Origin: Amoebidium appalachense | Lineage: Eukaryota > Protista > Ichthyosporea | Reading direction: 5' to 3' | DNA length: 64,000 bases | Assembly (NCBI GenBank): GCA_963693365.1 | Contig: CAVNZM010000004.1 | Span: forward strand, 14,549,474-14,613,473 | In this document: positions 23,873-36,077 of the stretch, piece after piece | Numbering within the stretch: position 1 is the stretch's first letter | Layout: every line of letters begins with the position of its first letter | Notes under the pieces: model-generated | What the model saw: only the letters and a program-made list of their open reading frames with translations | What the model was told of the DNA's origin: nothing | Database searches by the model: none | Position numbers and translations under genes: made by a program

Positions 23873-25018
23873 TTACTGGGAGTTGGCTGGTGCGGCGGTG
23901 GGGTCGTAGGGCTTGCTGAAGACCTGCACGTGCTGAGCCTCCCAGTAGGCACGCACCTCAGCTGCTGTTTTGGCCCGGCTGTCGTGTGCCGGGTAAAGTG
24001 TGGCTGCCTTGACAGCCCATGCATGGGCGTTGGCCATTCTTGCAAGCACCCGGCGTTGCCAAGAGGCCCGGGCAGCGGCCTCTGCATCAACACGGTTAAG
24101 TGTGGTGTTGTAGGGAGCCGTAGGATCGAAGTCTGCGAGAAAGGTGGCGTCGGTAGCACGTTGGATGATGTTTATGAGGGTATCACGGTAGCCGGCACGC
24201 ACAATGAACACTGTGTAGCGACGGCCAATGAAGAGCATGTCGGGAATCATTCGGTTGAGGACACCGAGGGTGTAAAGACGGTCACGCATGGTGCTGATGT
24301 TGGCCGGCACCAAGGTGAAGGCTGCAGTGGTCAACTCGGACTCGTCGGTACCCTGAGGGGCAGGGTCAGACGCCACCCGAGGGCGGCGGGTTGGGTGCAG
24401 TGCTGACGCTGCGGCAAGGGCTGCCAAAGCCTGGGTAGCCCCGTGGGTCTGGGCCACCGACTCGGCATACGTTTTGACTTTCTCGGACACGTACACGGTC
24501 TTGGCGTCCACCGTAGTGCGGTACACCTTAGGATTCGTTGTGGGTATGAACTTGGGAGACCCCGGGGGGGTGGGTAACCCATCGGGGGTTGCCTGTGCTG
24601 CAGGGGCCGGGCCCGCGTGGGCAGGGCCGGTGGGGGTTGCCCGGTCAGCTTCCAGCTGCCGTAAGCGCGTCTCCATTTGCTGAACAAGGAGGTCTGTGTG
24701 GTCCTGTTTGGCTTTATACTCAGCTACTTGGGTTGTTAAGTCGGAGACTTGGGTGCGGAGCTGCTCATGATGCGCCATAAGTTTGAGCACGGCTTTCCTA
24801 GCCTTCTCGGGTATCAAGTGCAGTTGTTCTTTCGAAATAAAACTACTTGCTGGCGGCACGGCCGGTGGCGCTTTAACCTCGGGAAAGGGAACCTGTTCCG
24901 CTCGGCTCAGTTTAGTTAGCCTCTTATCTGGGGATTCTCCATCCCGTGTATCACGTTTGCGGCTCCCAGGCGGTGTCCCAGGAGGGTCCGGGGACAAGGA
25001 TGCATCCTGAGACGCCAT
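23873..25018 (-). CDS. LINE ORF1, 381 aa, coiled coil plus C-terminal globular domain, no CCHC knuckle
   Basis: Intact ORF ending 2 nt before the ORF2 ATG (TAA GC ATG); heptad segment LMAHHEQLRTQVSDLTTQVAEYK...LRQLEA. Confidence 0.85.
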   Translation of the reverse strand: MASQDASLSPDPPGTPPGSRKRDTRDGESPDKRLTKLSRAEQVPFPEVKAPPAVPPASSFISKEQLHLIPEKARKAVLKLMAHHEQLRTQVSDLTTQVAEYKAKQDHTDLLVQQMETRLRQLEADRATPTGPAHAGPAPAAQATPDGLPTPPGSPKFIPTTNPKVYRTTVDAKTVYVSEKVKTYAESVAQTHGATQALAALAAASALHPTRRPRVASDPAPQGTDESELTTAAFTLVPANISTMRDRLYTLGVLNRMIPDMLFIGRRYTVFIVRAGYRDTLINIIQRATDATFLADFDPTAPYNTTLNRVDAEAAARASWQRRVLARMANAHAWAVKAATLYPAHDSRAKTAAEVRAYWEAQHVQVFSKPYDPTAAPANSQ

Positions 25019-25354
25019 GGGTGGGTTCTAGCTGCCCCTCAAGGGGCCTAAGTAGAGGTGGATGCCTAAGTAAAGGCCGATGCCTAAGTAGAGAAAGTGC
25101 CTAAGTAGAGAAAGTAGCCGTCGAATCATCATGTGCCGGCCCGGGTTCGCGCCCCCCGCCCGCGCCGGTCGGTTTCAGTGCCCGGAAAGCGATTCAGTGC
25201 ACCCAATTCAGTGCATCATACCCCCCACCCCAGGACATGCAGTACAACCCCAGTTTTGATCCTGAAACAGTGCGTCGATAGCCAATGAACTATCGGTAAA
25301 GTTTTATTGTACCAATCACGCCTTATCTGCTTTTTCCGGGATGAAGGCTTAAAC

Positions 25355-25581
25355 CAAGCCCGAAAATTCAGACCTTTTTTCTCGGTATTTTTTCAAGCCC
25401 CGGTGTATTTTCGCCCGGGGGTATGGTATTTTTCTTCCCAAGTCAATGGAGGATAAAGGAGGGGTCCTACTGTAACTTACCATGAAACTTGCGGGGGCTT
25501 ACCATAAACTGAAATTTTGATGGTATTTTTGAAAACTTTTGGGTATTGTTTACCGTAAAAACGGGGTTATGGTCGGGCTTG
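25355..25581. mobile_element. hAT-type MITE, 227 bp
   Basis: Perfect 9-bp TIR CAAGCCCGA/TCGGGCTTG, 8-bp TSD GCTTAAAC at 25347-25354 and 25582-25589, and internal GGTATTTT repeats. Confidence 0.85.
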
Positions 25582-26126
25582 GCTTAAACGCAACATGTGT
25601 TGTAACTTTCGGATTGCAGTCTGCAGGCAGAAGCCAGCCGGACCACTATGATTTAAAGCAGACGCAAAATAATAGCTTCAAAACGATACAATACAATACA
25701 ATAATCCACCCACAGCACCACTACAGTGTTGCCCTATCCATAGCGAGTGCAAAGTGGCACTGCTTTTTTGCCCACAATATTGAATCTTATGCAACATTGG
25801 CCAATCAAATCAAGGCAGATGACTGATTGTTTTGATTGGCTGAGATCGTGTGCGCGGTATTTTTGTCAGGCATGCCGTGCACACATGTAGCGGCTGTGAC
25901 CGCTTCAGTCTGCCTGCAAGACAAACAAAGCTCTATTTGTAAGAACATGAAATGGAACATAGATACCAACAGGCCCTATAACTCGCATGTAACCACAACC
26001 TCGGCTAATCAAAAATATCTACACACACCTAATACAACCTTTCCTGTATGCCTACATGAACACCTGGCTCGCACCTCACAGCAATATTGTAACTTTGACC
26101 ATATTTGCCTCTGTTTGCAGAAGAAC

Positions 26127-26899
26127 ATGGCTAGTGCGCACAGCACGCCTCTTGGTAAGCGGGACCGCACTAATTCTCTGTGTGGTGCCACTGCCTCGCC
26201 CGCAGCCAAGCAGGCCACCGTGGCCAGCAACTGCAAGAGGCGCCTCTCTCTCGGTGCCCCATCACTGCAGCCCCCTGTGTGCCCCACACCCCAACCAGCA
26301 CACAACCAGCCAGACACGCCGAGGGAGGAAAAGGGCACCATCCGGCGCTGTATGAGCGCACAGGTGACGTCTTCGTGGGAGAGAAACGTGGAAGCTCAGC
26401 ACCCGGCACGGGGAGAGGTGAGTGGGGCAGCTACATGCATGTGCAAAAGGAGTGTGGCCTTTTTAATCCCATTATTTGCTTGCAAGTATTTTCCTGGAGA
26501 GGGAGCAGAAGCAACACATGTATGCAAAATGTATTTTCTCCACCGAATTTGGCCACAGCCACAGAAAAGAACACAAAAACAAACAGTGTTCAATTCGGCA
26601 ACGAATTTACACTGTTGCCCGTCTTGGAGGACAACGCTTGAGTCGGCACAGCACCAATTTGTGCGATATACACACAAACGTCAGATTTGTATACAGAGGT
26701 GGCATTGTTAGTTATGTTTTCAAAATATACAAAAAAGAGTGAAGACAAAAATGTAACGGTATTTACTGCGACACACAAAATAGTATGCACACACGCGCAC
26801 ATAGTTGACAAGCATGCATCATGCCCGAGTTATTTCAAAAGCACAAAATATACTGCCGTGTGTGTGTGTGTATGTGTGTGTGTGCGTGCGCGCGCGCGT

Positions 26900-26977
<78 letters not shown>

Positions 26978-27395
26978 CACGGGGTGTGTGTGTGTATCGT
27001 GCACGTATGTTTGTGTTTGATAATGTGTGTGACACACACACGCATGCTTGCCAAAGTGGCGCATAATTGTGCTCATATCGTCGCATCATCCTGACGAGGA
27101 GAGGATCACTAAAAGGAAATTTCGTAGGTGGGCTTGGTCAATCGATGCCTAGAAAGTTGGGCAGCTTGCAGATTTATTCTTTGTTTTTCAATGTAACAGT
27201 AAACCGAGGAGTGATTAATAGCAATACATAATTCCTGTACATTTTTTGGAACTGTTACCCCCACAAGGGTACAATCTGTTGCTATGTGGAGGTGATGTCT
27301 TGGTGGATCTGTGCACATGGGTGTTTAAGAATACGTGTAGGCCAACAGTATTGACATGCATCCACACAAGCCCAGCACACACACACACACAAGCC

Positions 27396-27491
<96 letters not shown>

Positions 27492-27702
27492 GAATGCATA
27501 AATACATGCACACGATATGTGCAGTCACCCATGCAGCCAAGTGCATGAGACACACAGGCATAAACACACACACATTGTCCCCCCCCCCTTCCCCCCCCCC
27601 CTCCTATCCCTCCCATCCTCCCCCCCCCAAAACTTTGGACATAAGTGCACCGTGACACATTCGGCCGCGTGCACACACGCTTACACCAACACACAAGCTA
27701 CG

Positions 27703-27769
<67 letters not shown>

Positions 27770-27982
27770 ATGCATAAATACATGCACACGATATGTGCAG
27801 TCACTCATGCAGCCAAGTGCATGAGACACACAGGCATATACACACACACATTGTCCCCCCCCCTCCCCCCCCCCCCCCCTCCTATCCCTCCCATCCTCCC
27901 CCCCCCAAAACTTTGGACATAAGTGCACCGTGACACATTCGGCCGCGTGCACACACACTTACACCAACACACAAGCTACGCG

Positions 27983-28059
<77 letters not shown>

Positions 28060-29683
28060 ACACACACCTATACACACGTGCACACACTCAGAGACTCACA
28101 AACACGCTGGAACACGTGCACACCCCCACACACCCCACACACAAACACAACCCCCCCCCCCCCCACACACACACACGAAAAAAAAAAAAAAAAAAAAAAA
28201 CACGCAGGCAGCGGCAGCACAGGCTGTGCATGATGTGTCTCTGCTGGTGTGTGCGCTGGCCCTGGCCCACGTGGTGCTGCAAGGTGGGTCAGTATGGGAG
28301 TGTGCCTGTGTGCTGGTGGTGTGTGCTGACTGGAGTCTAGGGGACTCCCTCACGTCCATTGATTCAGATGCCCAACGATACCACTTTCGACCGACCAAGC
28401 AGATGCTTGCCTGGGACATATATGGGGGTAGATTCTCGGGCATCCTTGGCCCCCCCCCCCCCCCCCCCCCCCCCTCCCCACCCCCCACCCCCTTCCCCCC
28501 CCATGGCACCCCTTTCCTTATCCCAACCACACCAAAGTGAGCAAGGGCAGGGCCAGATAGGATACAAGCCAAGACACCAACCAAACCCTCTTTGTGCCTG
28601 CAGCCGGGCACCCACCCACCCGCCTGAGTGCGCCCCAGGCCGTGCTATTGGTGGACGGACTGCCCAATCAGCTGCAGCGCATGAGAGCACGTGACAAGGA
28701 CTGGCTGAGGGCTGCAGCAAGAGGCCAATGCGATGTCATGGTTATGGTGGGTTGGCTTTCATGCATCTGTCTGATTGGTGGCTGGCTTAAATGCATGTAT
28801 GGGATTGGTGGTTGGCTTTAATGCATGTGTATGATCAGTGGTTGGCTTTAATGCATGTGTCTGGTTGGTGGTTGGCTTAAATGCGTGTGTCTGGTTTGTG
28901 GTTGGCTTTAATGCATGTGTCTGGTTGGTGGTTGGCTTTAATGCATGTGTCTGGTTGGTGGTTGGCTTTAATGCATGTGTATGATTGGTGGTTTGCTTGA
29001 ATGCATGTGTCTGGTTTGTGGTTGGCTTTAATGCATGTGTCTGGTTGGTGGTTGGCTTTGATCCATGTGTGGTATGGGCGGCTGGTATTTGTTCAGCGCA
29101 ATAGAAGGGGACTCACTAAGCTGACATGTGCGTTCAGACTCTGCGGCAGCACGGGTCCAAGGCCCTGATTGCTGTGCGGCACCGTGCCACGGGCTACACG
29201 GCACTGCACTATGCTGCTGGGGGGGGGCACGTGCATGCAGCCAGGCTGCTATTGGCTGCTGGCGCATGCCCAGGCACCAATGCAAGGGGGGGTGTGACGG
29301 CTATGGGCCTGGCAAGGGCTAAAGGGCACAGGGGTGGGTGTGTGTGTGTGTGTGTGTGGAGGGGGGGGGGGGGGGGGGGTCGAGGGGGAAGGGGCGAGTG
29401 GGGCGAATTCAGATGATGCGGCGTTGTAATTATGATCCACGGGAGGCGAGCATATGTAACTTTGTGGGAGAGGGACCCCGTGGATGGTACAGACAGACTG
29501 TGGCTGTGGTTGATTGGTTGGTTGTGTGTGCTTGGTCGGTGGGCCTCGGTTGGGCAAGGCAGGTTTGATAGTTGCTGCCCATATCTAGTGTATTGCTAAG
29601 GTAGTACCCAACGCCCCCACAACCGGAACAAAAAAAGAAAGAAAAAGCCGCCCCCCAAACACACAGCCATCCCACAGTGACCG

Positions 29684-29720
<37 letters not shown>

Positions 29721-29908
29721 CCCCCCCTCCCCCCCCCCCCCCCCCCCCCCCCACCACCACCACAAAAAAAAAAAAACAAAAAAAAAAAAAAACACACAGA
29801 GCTTCTCGATCTATTGACTGCGGCATCAACCCCCACCACAACGAACTGGGCAACCCGCAGACACTCATGCCCGGCAGCACTGGCCACAGGCAGCACGTAC
29901 GTGTGCAC

Positions 29909-29950
<42 letters not shown>

Positions 29951-31351
29951 CTGTGTGCATGTGCACTCATGCGCTTTTGTGCGCGTGTGTGTATGCGTGA
30001 GTGTTTGTGGAAGGGTGTGTTTGTGCTTGTGTGTTAGCCGGATGTCGGTGCTTGAGAGTGGGCATGTGTGTGTACACGTGCTTTTGGGCTGTTGATGTGT
30101 TCGTGTGTGTGTGTCTGTGCACTTGTGTATTCATGCATATGCCTTTTGCTTTTTGTCTTATTCTTTTCGTCGGGAGGGGTGCACTGTGTGTGTGTGTGTG
30201 GTGGTGGGGGGGTGGGGGGTGGGGGGTGGGGGTGGGTGGGTGGGTGGGTGGGGGGGGGGGGGGGGGGGGGGGGGGGCATTGCTGTGCGGTGGCTCATCGT
30301 GTGACGTATGTCCCCAATCAGGCCCTCTGTCCAGCCCCAGGCCAGTGCTCTGCTCAGAGTCGATGTCAAGGTGCCATCTTCTTCCCACCTCCCCTGCCCC
30401 CCACCCCTTTCCCTCCCACATTGCCCTCAACCCCTCCCACCTCCCCCACCCACGTGTGGAGACTGAGTTTCTCCCCCCCCCCCCCCCCCCCCCTCCCCCT
30501 CCTACCTAAATGTCCCTTACACCTTCTGGCACACCAAAAATGAGCATGCCTCTCCCCCCCCCCCTCCTCCCCTCCCCCCTGCACACCCTCCTCCCCTCCC
30601 CTCCTCCCCTTCACCACATACCACAACTTGCCCCTTCTCCCCCCCTCGACCCTCTACCAAACCCCCCTTCTGACCCACAATCCCTGTTAACCCTCTTTTC
30701 ACCGGAGGGGCCAATCTCCTAAATTTACCTGCATTCCATTTCCATTCAACAAACCAATCAGCAGAATGCACATGGGGGTGCGTGGTCACCATTTGGGGCT
30801 GTGTGATCAACCGACTGACATGGCTTTCAGGTGCACCGTGTACTGTCAGGGCCCTGGTATCGCCCCCACAGCACCTATCTTGTGTGTGTGTCCCGCCAAT
30901 CATCCACCCCCACCCCCACATTTGCAACCCTGCGGCGGTTCACAGACTTCCGAACCCTGCACACCCGCCTGCTAGCCTGTGGCGCTGCTCTGCCCCCAGC
31001 CACCCTCAGGGCCCTCACAGGCCTGCGCCCAAAGAAGAATGCCAGGGGAAGGTCAGTGCGCCTGACATCCCCATATCCCCCCCCCCCCCCCCCTCCCTCC
31101 CCCTCCCTCCCCCCCCTCCCTCGCTCCCCCTTCCTTCCCCACACCCACCCCGAAATTGCTAGTAATAAAACTGACTGTTGCTCGCATTTCCATACCCAGC
31201 CATCACCGTTGCACTTTATCATAATTTTTGGGTGTTTATGTGCCATTTCTTGCCGCTTACAACCCCTTAGTGCTCCAATCTGTCCAAGATCCTTGAGGCC
31301 ATAAACCACGTTTGGCGCAGTCACTCAAAGGTGTGCCTTGGGCCATGCTCT

Positions 31352-31382
<31 letters not shown>

Positions 31383-31603
31383 AAAAAAAAAAAAAAAAAG
31401 ACCCTTGTAGACCATTAAGCATTAACATATCATCCCATCCAATCCACCCACATGTATTCCCCGAATGTTCCCCCAGGTTCCGCACGCGCACCCTCACGCA
31501 GCGGGCTGCCCTCTTCCGTCGGCTGATCCTATTGGCTGCCGCAGACCCAACCCTCAGTACCGTGCTGACGGCCTTCCTCGTCCAATCAGAAACCTCCAGA
31601 TAG
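26127..31603 (+). CDS. Ankyrin-repeat plus C-terminal PX-domain protein, about 397 aa, 8 exons
   Basis: Exons 26127-26417, 28208-28283, 28604-28740, 29138-29333, 29800-29896, 30322-30370, 30831-31051, 31477-31603; phases consistent. Ankyrin [21 protein letters not shown] and GHRELLDLL; PX-like TYLV...[13 protein letters not shown]...PKK...QRAALF. Confidence 0.8.
27490..28060. repeat. Tandem duplication of a roughly 275-bp unit containing a poly-C tract and (AC)n
   Basis: CGAATGCATAAATACATGCACACG...CAAGCTACGCGCG occurs at about 27491 and 27767. Confidence 0.9.
28770..29060. repeat. 30-bp minisatellite, about 10 copies, filling intron 3 of the ankyrin-PX gene
   Basis: Unit ATGCATGTGTCTGGTTGGTGGTTGGCTTTA. 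Confidence 0.9.
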
Positions 31604-32602
31604 CTCCCAAGGCCCATGTATACACGCACAGGAACAACGTGCTCCAAACGAGTAACCCCTACTGTATAACTTTAAACCTGCATCCACAGTTGCCATGCAC
31701 GGCAGACATCCAGTAACAGCCACAGAATTGCTAGCGAGTGAGCACTATGCATATGTTCTTACTACCACACACACCCCACACACGACAGCCATACACTCGA
31801 GTGAGTACACAGGCACATACAGGTCTCATGCCTTGAACATACATGCACACAAGTAGCGTAGCAGGACTTGCAAGGGCATATGCACTATGCAGCCAAACAC
31901 ATACACGAGGGCTGCATTCTTGGTGGAGCATTTTTTATGTGTATTTGTAAGAACACAACTCTTGTTGTGATCTTTGGTTCCATCAATCGGCAGGAATGGA
32001 AGGATTATTAAGCGATCTAGGAGGACAGCCACCATTTGGTGTGAATGAATGCATTGTGCCTGGCTGGACCGGCAAATGGAGCATTTGATTGGTGGGCCGG
32101 CTGCCAATCAAATTGCAGCCGGTGTGGCCAATGTTGCACCACCACTGGTCCCTGTGTCATTCAACATATTACACTTTACTGTTTTTAACCCCATCATACA
32201 TCGTATGTACATCATACTGGCACGCAAGTGTAAACAATAAACCAAACCCTGTACGTGTTTCATTTGCACACATGCCTATCTGTACACATGCGTCATTCTA
32301 TTCGCTTATTCGTGCCTGGGACCGACAGATCATTCATACATACGTAATGTCTTAAACTACGAACCTCCCCTCCCCTCTCCCCCCATCCCGCCCTCCTCCC
32401 CAAGCCACCACCACCAACCAGTATCATGCAGCATTTTGTCTCCAATCTACAGCCCCCCCTAGGAGTCCTTCGTGCCATGCCATGTGCCCCCACCCTGCCA
32501 CGTGTGTTGCACGTGGTCACCTGCCACGTGTGTTGCACGTGGTCACCTGCCATGTGTGTTGCACGTGGTCATGGGGCGGTGTGGCCGGCATGGTCTGGAA
32601 GG

Positions 32603-32888
32603 TCAAAGAAGAAGTGGCTGCCGCTGGGGGGGGGCACAGGGCGTAGCTACGGGCACAATGCTGGCACTCAGGGGGGTATGCGCCATCTGGGGGGGGAGGG
32701 GGGGGGGGAGGAGGAAGTGGGTTATGGTCAATTGTCTTCTTTTCTTTTCGTTTCTTGTTCTTGTTCTTTTTTTTTTTTTTTTTTTTTTTTGGGTTGGAAG
32801 GGGGGGAGGGAGGGGGGGGGGGGGTTGGAGAGGGGGGCAGGGGGCTGAGTGATACGGAGGGGGGAGGAGGGGGGAGGGGAGAGGGTGT

Positions 32889-32919
<31 letters not shown>

Positions 32920-33868
32920 GGGGGGGCAGTAGGTGGGAAGACACGATAAGGGCAGGCGGGTGCAGGCAGGCACACAGGCCGCCCACCTCGTTGCGGAGAC
33001 TGGCTGTGCGGGCCTTGTGCTTGTCTGCAGGGTGGAGGGGGTTAAATCGGTGCTAGGCAGGGTGGTAGGGGTGGCATGGGAGTTATGCAGCCCAAAGTAG
33101 TAGGATATCGAGCCAAGCAAAAAGACCAAACAGGGCCAGTCAAGACCACCTGCTATGATGGGGGTCGAGTGGAGACACCATTGGGATGGACACATGCAAA
33201 TACACAACAAGGATGCTGTGGATATTTCTATGAGTACCCTTATCCCGCCCACGCAGGCAGAGATATTCAGCCCAACCAATCATACATCGATAGCAATACA
33301 CAGGCAGGCATAATATATGCAGCCAAACCATTTGCATATCATTAATAAACATTCATCTGCACGGCCCAACGCCTGGCCCATCTGCTTTGTAACCAGCATT
33401 AAGTCACACAACAAGCAACACAGTGCTGGCACACCGTGATATGCAAGGCCCGTGGTGAAATGGTGGTGCGTGTGTGTGTGTGGCGTGCGTGTGTTTGAGA
33501 CCGAGAGCATGTATGTGTGAGTGTGAGTGTGTGTGTGTGTGGAGGGGGGGGGGGGGGGGGGAGGGGGGGGCAAGGGGGGTGGCTACCGTTCTTGTCGACT
33601 ATGACTGCCTTAGGCCCCAGTCTGAGTCTGTCCAGAGAGGACTTCTTTTCCTTTTTTGGCGCTGGCCTTCTGCTCTCAGCAATGGCCTCAAGAATGAGCT
33701 GGTCTAGACGCAGTGGGCCCTGGGGGGTAGGGGTGGGTGCGTGGTGGTGGTGGTTGTGGTTGGGGGGGGGGGGGGGAGGGGGGGGGGAATATAGCGGGAG
33801 GAGAGAGTAAGGCATGTGTATGACAGATGGTGGAGATGGAGTGGGGCATACAGAGGATGAAAAAGGTA

Positions 33869-33931
<63 letters not shown>

Positions 33932-36038
33932 CGCGTGTGTGTGTACCTCTGTCTCTGTGTGTGCGGATGTGTGGTAAAAGGTTAGAAAGGAGATGAGTGT
34001 GCCTTTGGCAGGCCACTGGTGGGTGCAAGGGTATGCGGCAGTGACGTCACTCGTGGGTGTGGGGGTATGGGCGTGTGCGCATCCTGCGTGTTGTGTGTGT
34101 GTGCGTGTGTGGGGGGAAGAAGGGGGTTGCTTGCTGTGGGTTGATGTGCGTGCCCCAGCGTCCATGTGTGTGTGTGGGTATAGCTGTGCAGAAATAGCGT
34201 CCATGTGTGTGTGTGTGTGTGTGTGTGTGTATAGCTGTGCAGAAATAGCGTCCATGTGTGTGTGTGTGTGTGTGTGTGTGGGTATAGCTGTGCAGAAATA
34301 GCGTCCATGTGTGTGTGTGTGTGTGTGGGTATAGCTGTGCAGAAATAGCGTCCATGTGTGTGTGTGTGTGTGTGGGTATAGGTGTGCAGAAATAGCGTCC
34401 ATGTGTGTGTGTGTGTGTGCGTGTGTGGGTATAGCTGTGCAGAAATAGCGCCCATGTGTGTGTGCGTGTGTGTGGGTATAGCTGTGCAGAAATAGCGTCC
34501 ATGTGTGTGTGTGTGTGTGTGTGTGGGTATAGCTGTGTAGAAATAGCGCCCATGTGTATGTGTGTGGGTATAGCTGTGCAGAAATAGCGTCCATGTGTGT
34601 GTGTGTGTGTGTGGGTATAGCTGTGCAGAAATAGCGTCCATGTGTGTGTGGGTGTGTGTGGGTATAGCTGTGTAGAAATAGCGCCCATGTGTGTGTGTGT
34701 GGGTATAGCTGTGCAGAAATAGCGTCCATGTGTGTGTGTGTGTGTGTGGGTATAGCTGCGCAGAAATAGCGTCCATGTGTGTGTGTGTGTGTGTGGGTAT
34801 AGCTGTGCAGAAATAGCGTCCATGTGTGTGTGTGTGTGTGTGGGTATAGGTGTGCAGAAATAGCGTCCATGTGTGTGTGTGTGTGCGTGTGTGGGTATAG
34901 CTGCGCAGCAATAGCGCCCATGTGTGTGTGCGTGTGTGTGGGTATAGCTGTGCAGAAATAGCGTCCATGTGTGTGTGTGTGTGTGTGTGTGGGTATAGCT
35001 GTGTAGAAATAGCGCCCATGTCTATGTGTGTGGGTATAGCTGTGCAGAAATAGCGTCCATGTGTGTGTGTGTGTGTGTGGGTATAGCTGTGCAGAAATAG
35101 CGTCCATGTGTGTGTGTGTGTGTGTGGGTATAGCTGTGCAGAAATAGCGTCCATGTGTGTGTGTGTGTGTGTGGGTATAGCTGTGCAGAAATAGCGCCCA
35201 TGTGTGTGTGTGTGTGTGTGGGTATAGCTGTGCAGAAATAGCGTCCATGTGTGTGTGTGTGTGTGTGGGTATAGCTGTGCAGAAATAGCGTCCATGTGTG
35301 TGTGGGTGTGTGTGGGTATAGCTGTGTAGAAATAGCGCCCATGTGTGTGTGTGTGGGTATAGCTGTGCAGAAATAGCGTCCATGTGTGTGTGTGTGTGTG
35401 TGGGTATAGCTGTGCAGAAATAGCGTCCATGTGTGTGTGTGTGTGTGTGGGTATAGCTGTGCAGAAATAGTGTCCATGTGTGTGTGTGTGTGTGTGGGTA
35501 TAGGTGTGCAGAAATAGCGTCCATGTGTGTGTGCGTGTGCGTGTGTGGGTATAGCTGTGCAGAAATAGCGCCCATGTGTGTGTGCGTGTGTGTGGGTATA
35601 GCTGTGCAGAAATAGCGTCCATGTGTGTGTGTGTGTGTGTGTGTGGGTATAGCTGTGTAGAAATAGCGCCCATGTGTATGTGTGTGGGTATAGCTGTGCA
35701 GAAATAGCGTCCATGTGTGTGTGTGTGTGTGTGGGTATAGCTGTGCAGAAATAGCGTCCATGTGTGTGTGTGTGTGTGTGGGTATAGCTGTGCAGAAATA
35801 GCGTCCATGTGTGTGTGTGTGTGTGTGTGGGTATAGCTGTGCAGAAATAGTGTCCATGTGTGTGTGTGTGTGTGTGGGTATAGCTGTGCAGAAATGTGTG
35901 GGTATGCACGTGTAGAGTTGTCAGCGCATTCGTACATGCGCCCACAAGATTGGGTGGCCAAGTAAATCCGGTGGTCTAGTGTGTGTGCGCATGTGCCCAC
36001 GCGCACGTGCGTCTGTGTGTGCGTGTGCATGTGTATGT

Positions 36039-36077
<39 letters not shown>

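Larger units (their letters stand above)
20505..25122 (-). mobile_element. Full-length APE-endonuclease non-LTR retrotransposon (LINE), about 4.6 kb
   Basis: TSD GAATCATCATG at 20494-20504 and 25123-25133; ORF1 plus ORF2; 5' UTR with four GCCTAAGTA repeats; 3' end ...AATAAAAAGTGTGTAAACCC(C). Confidence 0.93.
20407..25220. mobile_element. Small inverted-repeat element split by the LINE insertion (halves at about 20407-20504 and 25134-25220)
   Basis: TGCACTGAAT at 20411, 20427, 20474 and 20488 on the left; the inverted ATTCAGTGCA at 25192 and 25206 on the right. Confidence 0.55.

Noticed and set aside
25349-25587. TTAA-flanked piggyBac or Kolobok MITE interpretation
   Set aside because: The 8-bp direct repeat GCTTAAAC with a perfect CAAGCCCGA TIR fits a hAT element better.
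27090-27122. Hammerhead ribozyme core CTGACGA...GAAA
   Set aside because: No stem II closes between the two motifs.
29498-29520. Ankyrin-like micro-exon TVAVVDWL
   Set aside because: Its phase is incompatible with the donor at 29333, whereas the exon at 29800 gives GHRELLDLL in frame.
34157-35895. CRISPR array
   Set aside because: The spacers are only (GT)n rather than unique sequence, there are no cas genes, and the array lies in a spliceosomal intron. The same spacer argument applies to 59281-60350.
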